Assembly: GCA_905339165.1 (NCBI GenBank)
Contig: CAJPFH010000026.1
Coordinates: 31,471 to 95,470 of the forward strand
DNA length: 64,000 nucleotides
Direction: 5' to 3'
From: Flavobacteriales bacterium
GTDB taxonomy: Bacteria; Bacteroidota; Bacteroidia; Flavobacteriales_E; Vicingaceae
In this document: in pieces, positions 1-10,245 of the stretch
Layout of the letters: each line of letters opens with the position of its first letter
How positions within the stretch are numbered: position 1 is the first letter of the stretch
The notes under the pieces: model-generated
Databases searched by the model: none
What the model saw: the letters and a program-made list of their open reading frames with translations, nothing else
Told to the model about the DNA's origin: nothing
Program-made: the position numbers and the translations under genes

Positions 1-720
1 AAAATTTAACTCTTCATTTATACGAAGTGCTTTTGAGTAATAATCTAAGGCTTTATCGAAATAAAATTGACTTTTATACAACACCCCGATATTGGTGTAG
101 CAGATAGCAATTCCTGCTTTATTATTTAATTCTTCGTTTATTTTTAAAGAGCTAAAAAAATATTCTAGTGCCTTTGGAAAGTTTGATTGCTCGGCATAAA
201 CAGTTCCAATGTTTCCCAATATTGAGGCTTTTCCGTCTGTGATTTTATATTTATCATATAACTTCAGGGCTTTAAAGTAATACACCAAGGATTTTTCGTA
301 GTTAGCTAAGTCGGAATAAGACAATCCTATTTTTTCATAAAGGGTTAAAAGACCGGAAAGATTACCTGTTGTTTCGTATAATTTCAGGGCATTAAAGTAA
401 AAGTTTAAAGCGGTAGATACATCGCTTCTGTGCTGATGAAAAGCACCTAAGTGGGTATATAATTTAGCTTTGTAATTGTTTTTCCAAATGGTATTCGTAT
501 TATCCATGTGTTGAATAATATTCAACGCTTGCTCTACAAAGAATAATGTAGAATCATTTTTTATTGGAATATATTCATACGCAAGCTTATTGAGTAATAT
601 AACTTTTAGAGTATCAGTGGAAGTTTTCTCTAATTCGTATCTAAGCGAATCGGTAGTATTGGAAAGAGCATAGGTGCTAATAAGAAGATATAATACAGTA
701 TATCGAAAAATTGAGTACAA
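1..720 (-). CDS. TPR-repeat protein, C-terminal part truncated by window edge; putative TTG start at 718-720 immediately after fdhA stop
   Basis: Own translation of minus strand gives MYSIFRYTVLYLLISTYALS... followed by repeated A-x-x-Y / A-L-x-x-Y 34-aa TPR-like units (YFDKALDYYSKALRINEEL, FPKALEYFFSSLKINEEL); signal/TM-like N-terminus; open to position 1. Confidence 0.55.
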   Translation of the reverse strand, partial: MYSIFRYTVLYLLISTYALSNTTDSLRYELEKTSTDTLKVILLNKLAYEYIPIKNDSTLFFVEQALNIIQHMDNTNTIWKNNYKAKLYTHLGAFHQHRSDVSTALNFYFNALKLYETTGNLSGLLTLYEKIGLSYSDLANYEKSLVYYFKALKLYDKYKITDGKASILGNIGTVYAEQSNFPKALEYFFSSLKINEELNNKAGIAICYTNIGVLYKSQFYFDKALDYYSKALRINEELNF

Positions 721-724
721 AATT

Positions 725-3442
725 TTAATGAGTTAAATGTTTTCCTTTACTTTTTCGGATACGGCAACTCACTACTTTGTATTCCGGGCACATGGCTTCA
801 CTATCGTGTTCATTGGAAGTAATGTTATTGAGCATGATTTCGGGAAAATGAAAGGTGGAACTTAACACTCCCAGCTTTACTTCATTGGTAATTTTTGCTT
901 TGATATCTACTTTGCCTCTGGGAGATTCCACGCATACCAGTTCCCCGTCCTTAATTTTATTTTCTTGTGCGTCTATAGGGTTAATTAATAAAACATCTTC
1001 TGTAACAATTTCAACATTTCCTGTTCTTCTAGTCATTGCACCACAGTTGTAGTGTTCTAATTCCCTGTTGGTAGTTATAATGTAGGGATAATCTTTTTCG
1101 TAAGTTTTAATTTCGTTACTTTCTTTAAACGGGTAGAAGAAGAATTTTCCTTTACCTCTAGTAAACTCCTTTGTGTGTAGCATTTTAGTGTCGGTTCCAT
1201 TGGGTAACACAGGCCATTGCTTTCCATTTTTTCCCAACTCATTCCATTTAACTCCTGCGAAAAACGGAACAATTTGCGAAATTTCATTCAACATATTTTC
1301 TGCCGTGTAATCGCATTGTTCGTAGCCCATTTTTCGCATTATCTCTACAATAATTTGCCCATCGGGTTTAGTGCCTTCAATGGGTTCTACCACTTTTTGT
1401 ACACGCTGAATTCTTCTTTCTCCGTTGGTAAAAGTTCCTTCTTTTTCCAGGAAGGAAGAAGCGGGTAAAACAATAGTTGCTAATTTTGCTGTTTCGGTCA
1501 TAAATAATTCGGAAACCACTAATAAGTCTAAGCTTTCAAGGGCTTTCATTACTTTTTGGGTATTCGGGTCGGTTTGCACTACATCTTCACCGATAATCCA
1601 CATGGCTTTCAGTTTGCCGTTGAGGGCTGCATCAAACATTTCGGGAATTTTATAGCCAATGTGGCTGGGTACTTTTGCTCCGTAAAATTGGTTGTACCTA
1701 TGATTTATTTCTGCATTGGTAACGTCTAAATAACCGGCTCCCTGATGAGGTTGTGCACCCATGTCGGCTGCTCCCTGTACATTATTTTGGCCGCGTAGGG
1801 GGTTTACTCCGGCTCCTTTTTTTCCTATGTTTCCGGTAATCATGGCTAAGTCGGCAATTAGTTGCACGGTATAGGTTCCTTGCGTGTGTTCGGTAACACC
1901 TAAGCCATGAAATTCCATAGCTGCATTGGCTTTGGCATATGCTATAGAGGCTTCTCTCACCAGATTTTTATTTACTCCTGTTATTTCTTCAAGTTCGTTG
2001 ATATTTAGTTTTAGAATTTCGGCTTTCATTTCCTCATACCCTTCGCATCGAGAGGTAATAAATTCTTTATCTTCTAACCCTTCCGATATAATATAGTACA
2101 ACATCATATTGAGTAGTGCTACATTGGTTCCGGGGCGAAGTTGTAAATGATAGGTAGCATATTTTGCTAAGTCTGTTTTTCGGGGATCAACCACAATACC
2201 GGTAATTCCTTTCATTAACTTTTGTTTTAATTTGGCTCCGGTTACAGGGTGTGCATTGCTTGGATTGGCTCCAATTACAAAAATACAATCGGTGTATTCC
2301 AACTCTTCAATGCTGTTGGTGGCCGCACCGGTTCCAAATGTTTTTTGCATGCCCAATGCAGTAGGCGAGTGGCAAACGCGTGCACAGCAATCGATATTAT
2401 TGGTACCTATAACGGCACGTATAAATTTTTGCATCAGGTAATTCTCTTCGTTTGGAGTACGTGCCGAAGATATACCGGCAATGGCATCGGGGCCGTTTTC
2501 GTTTTTAATGTGGGTAAGTTGGGTGGCAATAAAATCGTAAGCTTCTTCCCATGTGGCGGGTTCAAATTTTTTATTTCTTTTTATTAAAGGAGTGCGTAGT
2601 CTTTCCGGATGGTCGTAAAATTTAAAGGCATAACGACCTTTGAGGCAGGTATGGCCACCGTTTACTTCAGCATCGTATGGTGCCTGTATAGATTTTATTT
2701 TTCCTCCTACGGTAGCTACTTCGAGGTTGCATCCCACACCACAGTACGTGCAAACGGTGCGTGTTTTTTGGGTGGCTTGTATGGATTTTGATTGAAATAC
2801 ATCGGATATAGCCGAAGTAGGGCAGGCTTGTGAGCATGCACCGCAACTTACACAGTCCGATTCGAAAAACGATTGATTAAAACTCTTGGCAATATGGGCA
2901 TCAAATCCTCTTCCGGCCATGGTTAACACCATCTCTCCCTGAACTTCATCACAAGCTCTTACACAACGGTAGCAGTTAATACATTTGGATAATTCGGAAC
3001 GCATATAAGGATGAGAGAGGTCTTTTGCTCTGTTAAGATGATTTGCTCCTTCGGGGTAACGTACTTCGGTAATTCCTACGCGTGCAGCCACCTCTTGTAG
3101 TTCGCAGTTTCCGTTTACTTCGCAGGTTAAACAGGTAAGTGGGTGATCGGTAAGGACAAGTTCTATTATGTTTTTTCTTAATTGTCTGATAGCTTCTGTA
3201 TTATGATATATGTATAGGCCGTTAGTAACCGGGGTATGGCAGGAGGCTACGGTTTTGGTTTGACCATTTTTTTCCAATGCAACTTCTACACTACATACTC
3301 TGCACGATCCAAAAGGGTCTAAATTAGGAGCATCACAAAGGGTAGGAATTATTTTATTTCCTTCAATTCGTTTTACAAAGGCTAAAATGCTTTCTCCTGC
3401 ATTAAAAGAATAGGGGTTGTTATTGATGTAGGCTGTATTCAT
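725..3442 (-). CDS. fdhA: NAD-dependent formate dehydrogenase alpha (catalytic) subunit, Cys-type molybdopterin enzyme with NuoG-like N-terminus
   Basis: N-terminal 2Fe-2S (CDAPNLDPFGSCRVCSV), His-Cys and two CxxCxxCxxxCP 4Fe-4S motifs, molybdopterin-binding region with ARVCHSP (Cys at the position of Sec in FdhF), 905 aa. Confidence 0.85.
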   Translation of the reverse strand: MNTAYINNNPYSFNAGESILAFVKRIEGNKIIPTLCDAPNLDPFGSCRVCSVEVALEKNGQTKTVASCHTPVTNGLYIYHNTEAIRQLRKNIIELVLTDHPLTCLTCEVNGNCELQEVAARVGITEVRYPEGANHLNRAKDLSHPYMRSELSKCINCYRCVRACDEVQGEMVLTMAGRGFDAHIAKSFNQSFFESDCVSCGACSQACPTSAISDVFQSKSIQATQKTRTVCTYCGVGCNLEVATVGGKIKSIQAPYDAEVNGGHTCLKGRYAFKFYDHPERLRTPLIKRNKKFEPATWEEAYDFIATQLTHIKNENGPDAIAGISSARTPNEENYLMQKFIRAVIGTNNIDCCARVCHSPTALGMQKTFGTGAATNSIEELEYTDCIFVIGANPSNAHPVTGAKLKQKLMKGITGIVVDPRKTDLAKYATYHLQLRPGTNVALLNMMLYYIISEGLEDKEFITSRCEGYEEMKAEILKLNINELEEITGVNKNLVREASIAYAKANAAMEFHGLGVTEHTQGTYTVQLIADLAMITGNIGKKGAGVNPLRGQNNVQGAADMGAQPHQGAGYLDVTNAEINHRYNQFYGAKVPSHIGYKIPEMFDAALNGKLKAMWIIGEDVVQTDPNTQKVMKALESLDLLVVSELFMTETAKLATIVLPASSFLEKEGTFTNGERRIQRVQKVVEPIEGTKPDGQIIVEIMRKMGYEQCDYTAENMLNEISQIVPFFAGVKWNELGKNGKQWPVLPNGTDTKMLHTKEFTRGKGKFFFYPFKESNEIKTYEKDYPYIITTNRELEHYNCGAMTRRTGNVEIVTEDVLLINPIDAQENKIKDGELVCVESPRGKVDIKAKITNEVKLGVLSSTFHFPEIMLNNITSNEHDSEAMCPEYKVVSCRIRKSKGKHLTH

Positions 3443-3447
3443 ACTAG

Positions 3448-4659
3448 TTAATTTAAAAGGTCTAAATTTTTTAAGTTGAAAACAAAAGAAGATTCTTTTC
3501 TAACAAATGAGCCTTCTAATTGTTCCGTTAATGTTTCTATAAGTTCCATGCCGAAATGGTTATGGAGTTCCGGTGGGTTTTTCCATGTGCCGTTATCACT
3601 GTATTTTAATGCAAAATAATGATCGGTGCCAGATTTAACCGCAATGTGTATTTCTCCGTTTTGGTTTCCGTTAAATGCATGTTTAAAAGAATTGGTAAGG
3701 AGTTCATTTAGCATTAAGCCCAAAGGCACCATAGTGTTAGTGCCAATTTGATGGTAGTCGGAGTGTATAGTGGTTTGTATGTTCCCCTTACAACTGTATG
3801 AAGAAATAGTATTCACTAATTCGGAAACATACGATTCAAAATTGATGGTATTTAGATTTTCGGATTGATAAAGTGTTTTATGGATAAGCGACATCGTCAT
3901 TATTCGGCTAATGGCTTCTTCAAAACTTTTTTCTGTTTCGGGAGATAAATTATTTTTTTGTAAGCGAAGCAAACTGATGATGATTTGCAAATTGTTTTTT
4001 ACCCGATGGTGTATTTCTTTAAGCAGCAGAGTGTTTTCTTTATTTTTTGAGGAGATGATTTGGTTAGTTTTTTCTAGTTCGGATAGCGTTTTTTTAAGTT
4101 CGTATTGTGAGTAATTCTGGAACTCGACAAACTGATAGATTAAGTAAGAAAACACAAAGAACACAAAAGCAATTTCAATGAGTTCGGAAATAATTTGAAC
4201 GGTACTTCTTGGAGGAAGAACTTCGATGTGCGTATTTAACAAAAAATAAAAGTAGATGGAAATGAGTGTGAGATTTAACCCAATCATCAAGAAGCCTGCT
4301 TTTCGGTTTATTCCAATAAAAGCGAGAAAGATGGTAACTAAAATCCACATAAAATCTACATAATGCGTAAAATTCATTACTGTAAAAATGGAAAGATTTG
4401 CCAGTGTACTTCCGGAAATAGCATAAACCCAAAAAAGGGGTTTAAATTTTTTAGTAAAATGTAAAAAAAGAATGCAAAAAATACCGGTTAATAAAACAAG
4501 CCCTGATGTAATGGCGGCTTTGAAGTCTGAAATGGCATATAAAATAGTAATAATGGTAAAGATGGAGGTAAAAGCAACCGAAATTCTCCAAGCCAGTAAA
4601 AATCTAGCTTTATCGTAATAGCTATTATAAAAAGAAGTGTCTGGATTAAACAGTTTCAT
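3448..4659 (-). CDS. membrane sensor histidine kinase (HisKA_2/HWE-type dimerisation domain plus HATPase_c), about 6 N-terminal TM helices
   Basis: EIHHRVKNNLQIIISLLRLQ H-box, LGLMLNELLTNSFKHAF ATPase N-box, hydrophobic N-terminal half; 1-nt and 5-nt gaps to flanking FDH genes. Confidence 0.75.
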   Translation of the reverse strand: MKLFNPDTSFYNSYYDKARFLLAWRISVAFTSIFTIITILYAISDFKAAITSGLVLLTGIFCILFLHFTKKFKPLFWVYAISGSTLANLSIFTVMNFTHYVDFMWILVTIFLAFIGINRKAGFLMIGLNLTLISIYFYFLLNTHIEVLPPRSTVQIISELIEIAFVFFVFSYLIYQFVEFQNYSQYELKKTLSELEKTNQIISSKNKENTLLLKEIHHRVKNNLQIIISLLRLQKNNLSPETEKSFEEAISRIMTMSLIHKTLYQSENLNTINFESYVSELVNTISSYSCKGNIQTTIHSDYHQIGTNTMVPLGLMLNELLTNSFKHAFNGNQNGEIHIAVKSGTDHYFALKYSDNGTWKNPPELHNHFGMELIETLTEQLEGSFVRKESSFVFNLKNLDLLN

Positions 4660-4660
4660 T

Positions 4661-6352
4661 TCAGTTAAAGTACATTTTTAACTCTTTGTTAAAATAGTGT
4701 AAGGCATTTCTTACGGGAAGCGGAATACCTCCTCCGTGGGCACATAACGATCCTTGCTGAAGGGTGTTCAGTAAATCTGCAAATAAAGCACGATCTATTT
4801 TGTAGTTTTCGTTTAGGGCTTTTTGGGTTAGTTCGTGTCCTCGTTTGGTACCGAGGCGGCAGGGAAAGCATTTTCCACAACTTTCGTAAGCTGCAAATTC
4901 AAAAAGGTGTTCTAAATATTTCATCATTGGAAAGTCGGTTGGAATACAAACTACCGATGCGTGTCCGAGTAAAAATCCTTGTTTTGCAAAAGATTCGAAG
5001 TCGATGCTTAATTCATTTATTTTTTCAAGAGGAACAATGCCTCCAAGCGGACCTCCAATTTGCATGGCTTTAACCGGAATTTTAAAACCACCTCCCAATT
5101 CATTTATTACAAAGGAAAGGGGAGTACCCATTTCTACTTCGTAAATTCCGGGGTGGTTAAAAAAACTATCCAGGCAAACCAGCTTGGTTCCTTTTGATTT
5201 TTCTGTACCTAGCTTAGCATAGTCTGCACCTCCATTTTTTATAATAGAATATACCGCTGCCAGTGTTTCTACATTGTTTACCACCGTAGGTTTATTAAAC
5301 AGGCCCATTTGAGTGGGAAAAGGAGGGCGGGTACGCACCTCAGGACGTTGCCCTTCTATGGAGTTTATTAGTGCTGTTTCTTCTCCGCAAATATATGCTC
5401 CTTGAGCTTTTATAATTTTAAAATCGAAATTAAAATTAGAGTGGTTTATGTTTTTTCCAAGTAAATTATTAGCTTTTAATTCATCAATAGCTTGTTGAAC
5501 AATGTTGGCCGCTTCAGGATATTCGGCCCGTATATATAGTACCCCCCACTCGGCTCCTGTAATATAACCGGCAACCATCATTCCGAATAGCACAGAGTGC
5601 GGGCGTTGTTCTAATAAATATCTGTCGGAATAAGCTCCGGGGTCGCCTTCATCGGCATTGCAGATAATGAACTTAGTATTGTTATTTTCATTTTTACAGG
5701 CTTCCCATTTAAAGCCCATAGGAAAACCTGCACCACCTCTTCCTCTCAGATTTGATTTTTTTATTTCGCTCAATAACTCATCGGGTGTTTGGTTTAGTGC
5801 CTTTTTTAATAGTGCATAATGATTTTCGAAGCCACTGTAAGGTATGGTAAGAAGAGGAGTAGTGGCTTTTATATTGTAGTTAAGTAAATTGTTTTGAATT
5901 AAATTTTCTTTTTTGAAATGCAGCATATCCTGTCCGGAAAAATTTTTTCCTTGATAATGAAAGGCACTGTTTTCGTAGCATCTTCCAAGACAGGTCATGT
6001 GCCCAATTTCATTTTCGGTAAATTGTTTCAAAAGGGTTTCCTTTACTTTTTGTTGTGTTCCGGCACACACACAGGCGCTACCATTGCATATGTATACTTT
6101 TTTATTTTTGTTTTCGGGTTTGGTAAAGTCGTAAAACGTGGTCGTTCCATAAGTGCTTGCTTTACCTATCAAAAATTCTTCAGATAATTCATTAAGCCTT
6201 TCTTCCGATGGTGTACCGGTTTCTTTAGCGGCATCTCCCATTTTTTCAAAGAGGTTATTGGTTAATCCTTTCCTTCCGGATAATTCGCTTAAATTTTTTG
6301 ACATACAGCTTAAATTTTCGCTATAAAAGTATGAAAAAATAGCCATTTGCAA
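4661..6352 (-). CDS. formate dehydrogenase beta subunit: fused NuoE-like 2Fe-2S domain plus NuoF-like FMN/NAD-binding domain (alternative start about 6304)
   Basis: CNGSACVCAG...CLGRCYENSA thioredoxin-like 2Fe-2S; GRGGAGFPMGFKW FMN site; CNADEGDPGAYSDR; C-terminal ESCGKCFPCRLG 4Fe-4S. Confidence 0.85.
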   Translation of the reverse strand: MQMAIFSYFYSENLSCMSKNLSELSGRKGLTNNLFEKMGDAAKETGTPSEERLNELSEEFLIGKASTYGTTTFYDFTKPENKNKKVYICNGSACVCAGTQQKVKETLLKQFTENEIGHMTCLGRCYENSAFHYQGKNFSGQDMLHFKKENLIQNNLLNYNIKATTPLLTIPYSGFENHYALLKKALNQTPDELLSEIKKSNLRGRGGAGFPMGFKWEACKNENNNTKFIICNADEGDPGAYSDRYLLEQRPHSVLFGMMVAGYITGAEWGVLYIRAEYPEAANIVQQAIDELKANNLLGKNINHSNFNFDFKIIKAQGAYICGEETALINSIEGQRPEVRTRPPFPTQMGLFNKPTVVNNVETLAAVYSIIKNGGADYAKLGTEKSKGTKLVCLDSFFNHPGIYEVEMGTPLSFVINELGGGFKIPVKAMQIGGPLGGIVPLEKINELSIDFESFAKQGFLLGHASVVCIPTDFPMMKYLEHLFEFAAYESCGKCFPCRLGTKRGHELTQKALNENYKIDRALFADLLNTLQQGSLCAHGGGIPLPVRNALHYFNKELKMYFN

Positions 6353-6437
6353 GGAATTATCAGTTCTCTCTTTATCAATGTTTTTGGAAGAAGGAAAGGC
6401 TGCTTGTTTACTATTTTATTACATTTGAAAAAATAAT

Positions 6438-8108
6438 TTGTTGTATATGAAAAAAATGGTATTCTTTTTACTAACTCTTTCTGTGTGTATTTCTGCTATG
6501 GCCTATGATAAATATTGGATAATATTTAAAGATAAAAACGGAACTCCCTTTACTGTAAATAATCCCTCGGCTTTTTTGTCGCAACGTGCTATACAGCGAA
6601 GAATAAACCAAAATATTTCAATTACTCAGAATGATTTGCCAGTTACCCCCATATATGTTCAGTTAGTGTTGGCTACCGGAAATGTAAATTTGCGATATAC
6701 TTCAAGGTGGTTCAATGCCATTAGCATACAAACCACCGATGCCAATGCTTTGGCAACCATTTCAACACTGCCTTTTGTGCAAAGTGTACAACCGGTAATG
6801 CGGTACAAAAGACCTAATGATGATTATACCGAAACATTTAATAATTTTTCAAATGCTAAACAAGCCTCACCAAGTAAGAACAAAGAGTTACTAGCATACA
6901 ATTATGGTCCCTCGTTTAATCAAATAAATATGATTGGAGGAGATTGCATGCATTTTATGGGGTATAGTGGAGAAGGAATGGTAGTGGCAGTGCTAGATGC
7001 CGGATTTTATAAAGTAGATTCATTACCTGTATTTGATAGTCTTTGGGCAAATCAACAAATTTTAGGTACCCGCGATTTTGTAACCGGAGATACCATGGTG
7101 TTCGAGGATCATTGGCACGGAACCATGGTGCTTTCTTGTATGGGAGGGTATTTAAGCGGGCAAATAGTGGGCACCTCTCCTAAAGCAAGTTTTTGGTTGT
7201 TGCGTACCGAAGATGCCGATACAGAGTTTTTGGTAGAGGAAGATAACTGGGTGGCAGGAGCGGAATTTGCCGATAGTGTGGGAGCTGACATATTAAACAC
7301 CTCTTTAGGTTATACCACATTTGATGATAACTCTATGAACCACTCTTATCAAGATTTGGACGGAAATACTTGTAGAATATCAGTAGCTTCAGATTTTGCT
7401 GTGTCGAAAGGAATGTTTGCCGTTTGTTCGGCCGGAAATAGTGGAGCATCTGTCTGGTACCATATAGGAGCACCTGCTGATGCCGATAGTGCTCTTACCG
7501 TTGGGGCGGTTGATGCGGGAGGTGTAATTACAAACTTCAGTTCCCGGGGGCCAAGTGCCGATGGCGATATTAAACCAAATGTTTGTGCTCAAGGGCGTGA
7601 TGCCATTGTTTCTTCAATGGGGGGCGGAATACAAACGGCCAATGGTACTTCGTTTTCTTCACCAATAACCTGTGGGGCTGTGGCTTGTTTGTGGCAGGCT
7701 AATCCAACAATGACTAATATGGAAATTTATGATGCTATCATAAAAAGTGCGCATAAGTATAATTTTCCCGATGATTCTTTATATGGATATGGAATACCTG
7801 ATTTTTGCATGGCGAATATTATTCTATCGCAAAGCGAAAAAATAAATACAGTAAAAAATACCCAAGTGTACCCAAACCCGTTTAACCAATCCTTTTCTTT
7901 TGTTTTAGAATCGGCAACGAATCAAATGGTTATTCTTGAGTTGAAGGATATTTCGGGGAAGAAAGTGTATTCAGCCTTTTATCACATGAGTGAAAATTCG
8001 GTAAATACGATAGAAGTGGGAAATTTATCGCATTTAGACAGGGGAATTTATATGCTAACCGTTATAGGAGATGAACTGTTTTACTCTAAAAAACTAGTTA
8101 AGGAGTAG
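6438..8108 (+). CDS. S8 subtilisin-like serine peptidase with T9SS C-terminal sorting domain
   Basis: Catalytic triad motifs VAVLDAGF, HGTMV, GTSFSSP; signal peptide; C-terminal VYPNPFNQSF...GIYMLTV por-secretion CTD. Confidence 0.85.
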   Translation: MLYMKKMVFFLLTLSVCISAMAYDKYWIIFKDKNGTPFTVNNPSAFLSQRAIQRRINQNISITQNDLPVTPIYVQLVLATGNVNLRYTSRWFNAISIQTTDANALATISTLPFVQSVQPVMRYKRPNDDYTETFNNFSNAKQASPSKNKELLAYNYGPSFNQINMIGGDCMHFMGYSGEGMVVAVLDAGFYKVDSLPVFDSLWANQQILGTRDFVTGDTMVFEDHWHGTMVLSCMGGYLSGQIVGTSPKASFWLLRTEDADTEFLVEEDNWVAGAEFADSVGADILNTSLGYTTFDDNSMNHSYQDLDGNTCRISVASDFAVSKGMFAVCSAGNSGASVWYHIGAPADADSALTVGAVDAGGVITNFSSRGPSADGDIKPNVCAQGRDAIVSSMGGGIQTANGTSFSSPITCGAVACLWQANPTMTNMEIYDAIIKSAHKYNFPDDSLYGYGIPDFCMANIILSQSEKINTVKNTQVYPNPFNQSFSFVLESATNQMVILELKDISGKKVYSAFYHMSENSVNTIEVGNLSHLDRGIYMLTVIGDELFYSKKLVKE

Positions 8109-9744
8109 AAATTATTTTTTCGTTTACAGTATCTTTGGGTAGTTGTAAATTCTGTAATTTCTGCATCGAAATTCCTTTTATTTTTTCACATGCAACGCAA
8201 GTTAGTCCTTTTTCGAGCATAACCCAGGTGTGGTCAATCATTTTTAAGTCGTGTGTGTTAGTTACATTTTCTACATCGTAAATAATTTTTTTACTGTTTT
8301 TTGTAAAATGTACAGCATGGTTTATAGGTAAATAGAGGGTAATATGCACTTTTTGTCCTCTAATTTTATCTTCTCTGTGAGTTGAGAAATACTGATTAAA
8401 ATACAAAGTGCTATCTTTTTGATAGAAATTATAGTTGATATTTTCTGCTCTTATCTCTGCCTCTTTTTGTAATATTCCTTTGGCCGACTTTGAGATTTCA
8501 ATATAAGCAGAATCGCCTGTAGCTGGCAATACATTTAATTCGGGATAAGAGTAAAAGATAGAATCTTCGGTAAAATAAAAGGGTTTAATATTTTTTATTT
8601 TCCCATTTATTATAAAGGAATTTTTGTCAACTTTTAAAAGGTCTATATATAAAATATCATGGTTTTTAATTTTATAAACTTTTGTTGTCACAGCCTCTCT
8701 TTTAAATTCAGAAGAAACTTGAATTCCTACTATTATAGAAAGAATAATGCCTGTTGTAAAAAATATAAAAAGTGCTAAAGCAATTATTTTATGATTGCTT
8801 TTTATTTTCAAAAGCAGTTTTAAACCGCTGTAAATAAAGGTAAATATAGGAGCTATTACTATAAAAAATAATGCAATGAGAGCAAGTGTATATTGTTCGG
8901 AATTTTCAAAAAAGGCATTTGCAAAGTCTTCTACCGTGAATATAGAAATATTATATCCATCTATGGTAATAGTTTTTAAACCGAAAGCTCTTGTTATAAG
9001 AGCTGTAAGCAGCAATAGACCAATAAAAAGAAAGAGAGCTCCCAATATTTTTGCAAATGTTTTAATAAAAAGAGTGAAAATAGAAATAATAAATTCTACA
9101 AAGTTTTTAATCATGTTTTCGAACTTTTTTGCTCCCCCTTCTTTTTCCCAATCCTTTACTCTGTTACTAAACTCTTCCGCTTCTTTTTTAATAGTTTTTT
9201 CAATATTATCTATATTCACAGGCTCTCCACGCATTTCTAATTTTTGAGCTCTGGTTTTAGCTTCGGGAATTATAATCCACAGAATAATATATAATGGAAA
9301 TCCGAAACCGAAAACAAAAAAAGCAATAGCAAACACCAACCGCAGCCATATTGGGTCGAAACCGAAGTAGGCTGCAATGCCGGAGCAAACACCGGCCAAA
9401 ATTTTATCTTCACTAGATCGATAAATTCGTTTCCCTGTTTTAAACGCTTGCTGAGTAGTGGTTTTACTTTCCTCTTCGGATTGACCGGCAAAATCTTCAG
9501 GTTGTCCCATCAGTGAAATCACTTCGTCTACATGGGGCATTGATATTACCTGATTTTGCTCGTTTAGTTTACTTTTAAAAACTTCAGCTATTCTGGCTTC
9601 TATGTCTAGCATTATTTCTTCTCTTTCTTCGGCAACTTCAAATCGTTTTTTAATTTCAGATAAGTAGTGTTTTAACTTATCATAAGCATCTATTTCAATA
9701 TGAAATACAATACCACTTATGTTTGCTGTAACTGTTTGATTCAT
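8098..9744 (-). CDS. PspC domain-containing membrane protein
   Basis: ILAGVCSGIAAYFGFDPIWLRLVFAIAFF PspC motif, several TM helices, 548 aa; upstream PadR. Confidence 0.75.
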   Translation of the reverse strand: MNQTVTANISGIVFHIEIDAYDKLKHYLSEIKKRFEVAEEREEIMLDIEARIAEVFKSKLNEQNQVISMPHVDEVISLMGQPEDFAGQSEEESKTTTQQAFKTGKRIYRSSEDKILAGVCSGIAAYFGFDPIWLRLVFAIAFFVFGFGFPLYIILWIIIPEAKTRAQKLEMRGEPVNIDNIEKTIKKEAEEFSNRVKDWEKEGGAKKFENMIKNFVEFIISIFTLFIKTFAKILGALFLFIGLLLLTALITRAFGLKTITIDGYNISIFTVEDFANAFFENSEQYTLALIALFFIVIAPIFTFIYSGLKLLLKIKSNHKIIALALFIFFTTGIILSIIVGIQVSSEFKREAVTTKVYKIKNHDILYIDLLKVDKNSFIINGKIKNIKPFYFTEDSIFYSYPELNVLPATGDSAYIEISKSAKGILQKEAEIRAENINYNFYQKDSTLYFNQYFSTHREDKIRGQKVHITLYLPINHAVHFTKNSKKIIYDVENVTNTHDLKMIDHTWVMLEKGLTCVACEKIKGISMQKLQNLQLPKDTVNEKIISTP

Positions 9745-9761
9745 TTTTGTGCTTTTTTATG

Positions 9762-10094
9762 TTAGATATTATTATGGCTTGTTTTTTCTACGGCTTCTAC
9801 CAATTCATGCCAGGTAGAATTGAGTTCTTTCAAAAACATTTTTCCTTTATCGGTAAGTCTGTAGTATTTTCGAGGAGGTCCGGAAGTCGATTCTTCCCAT
9901 CTGTAAGTAAGTATATCTGTATTTTTTAATCGAGTAAGTAAGGGGTATAGTGTACCTTCTACTACAATAAGCTTACTGTTTCTTAATTTATCAATAATTT
10001 CAGAAGGGTATGCCTCACCTACCGATAGAATGCTGAGTATGCAAAACTCGAGTACCCCTTTACGCATCTGAGCTTTTGTATTTTCTATATTCAT
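9762..10094 (-). CDS. PadR family transcriptional regulator
   Basis: GTLYPLLTRLKNTDIL...WEESTSGPPRKYYRLTDKG winged-helix PadR signature, 110 aa. Confidence 0.8.
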   Translation of the reverse strand: MNIENTKAQMRKGVLEFCILSILSVGEAYPSEIIDKLRNSKLIVVEGTLYPLLTRLKNTDILTYRWEESTSGPPRKYYRLTDKGKMFLKELNSTWHELVEAVEKTSHNNI

Positions 10095-10245
10095 CTTTGC
10101 AGTAAAATTTATTACAAAGATATATGTTTATAATAATACAATGCAATACATAGTACTTAAAATATTTTAATGTTCTGATAATCATTATTTTATTTTTTTT
10201 CTACTTAAATTCGCTATTTGTTTTGGAAGAGATGGAGCGAAACTT

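Noticed and set aside
855-2791. Multiple 60-120 aa plus-strand ORFs inside fdhA, with similar antisense ORFs inside dnaK, sucD, uvrA, E1 and the flotillin gene
   Set aside because: Antisense to well-supported long genes, low-complexity translations, no motifs; treated as spurious.
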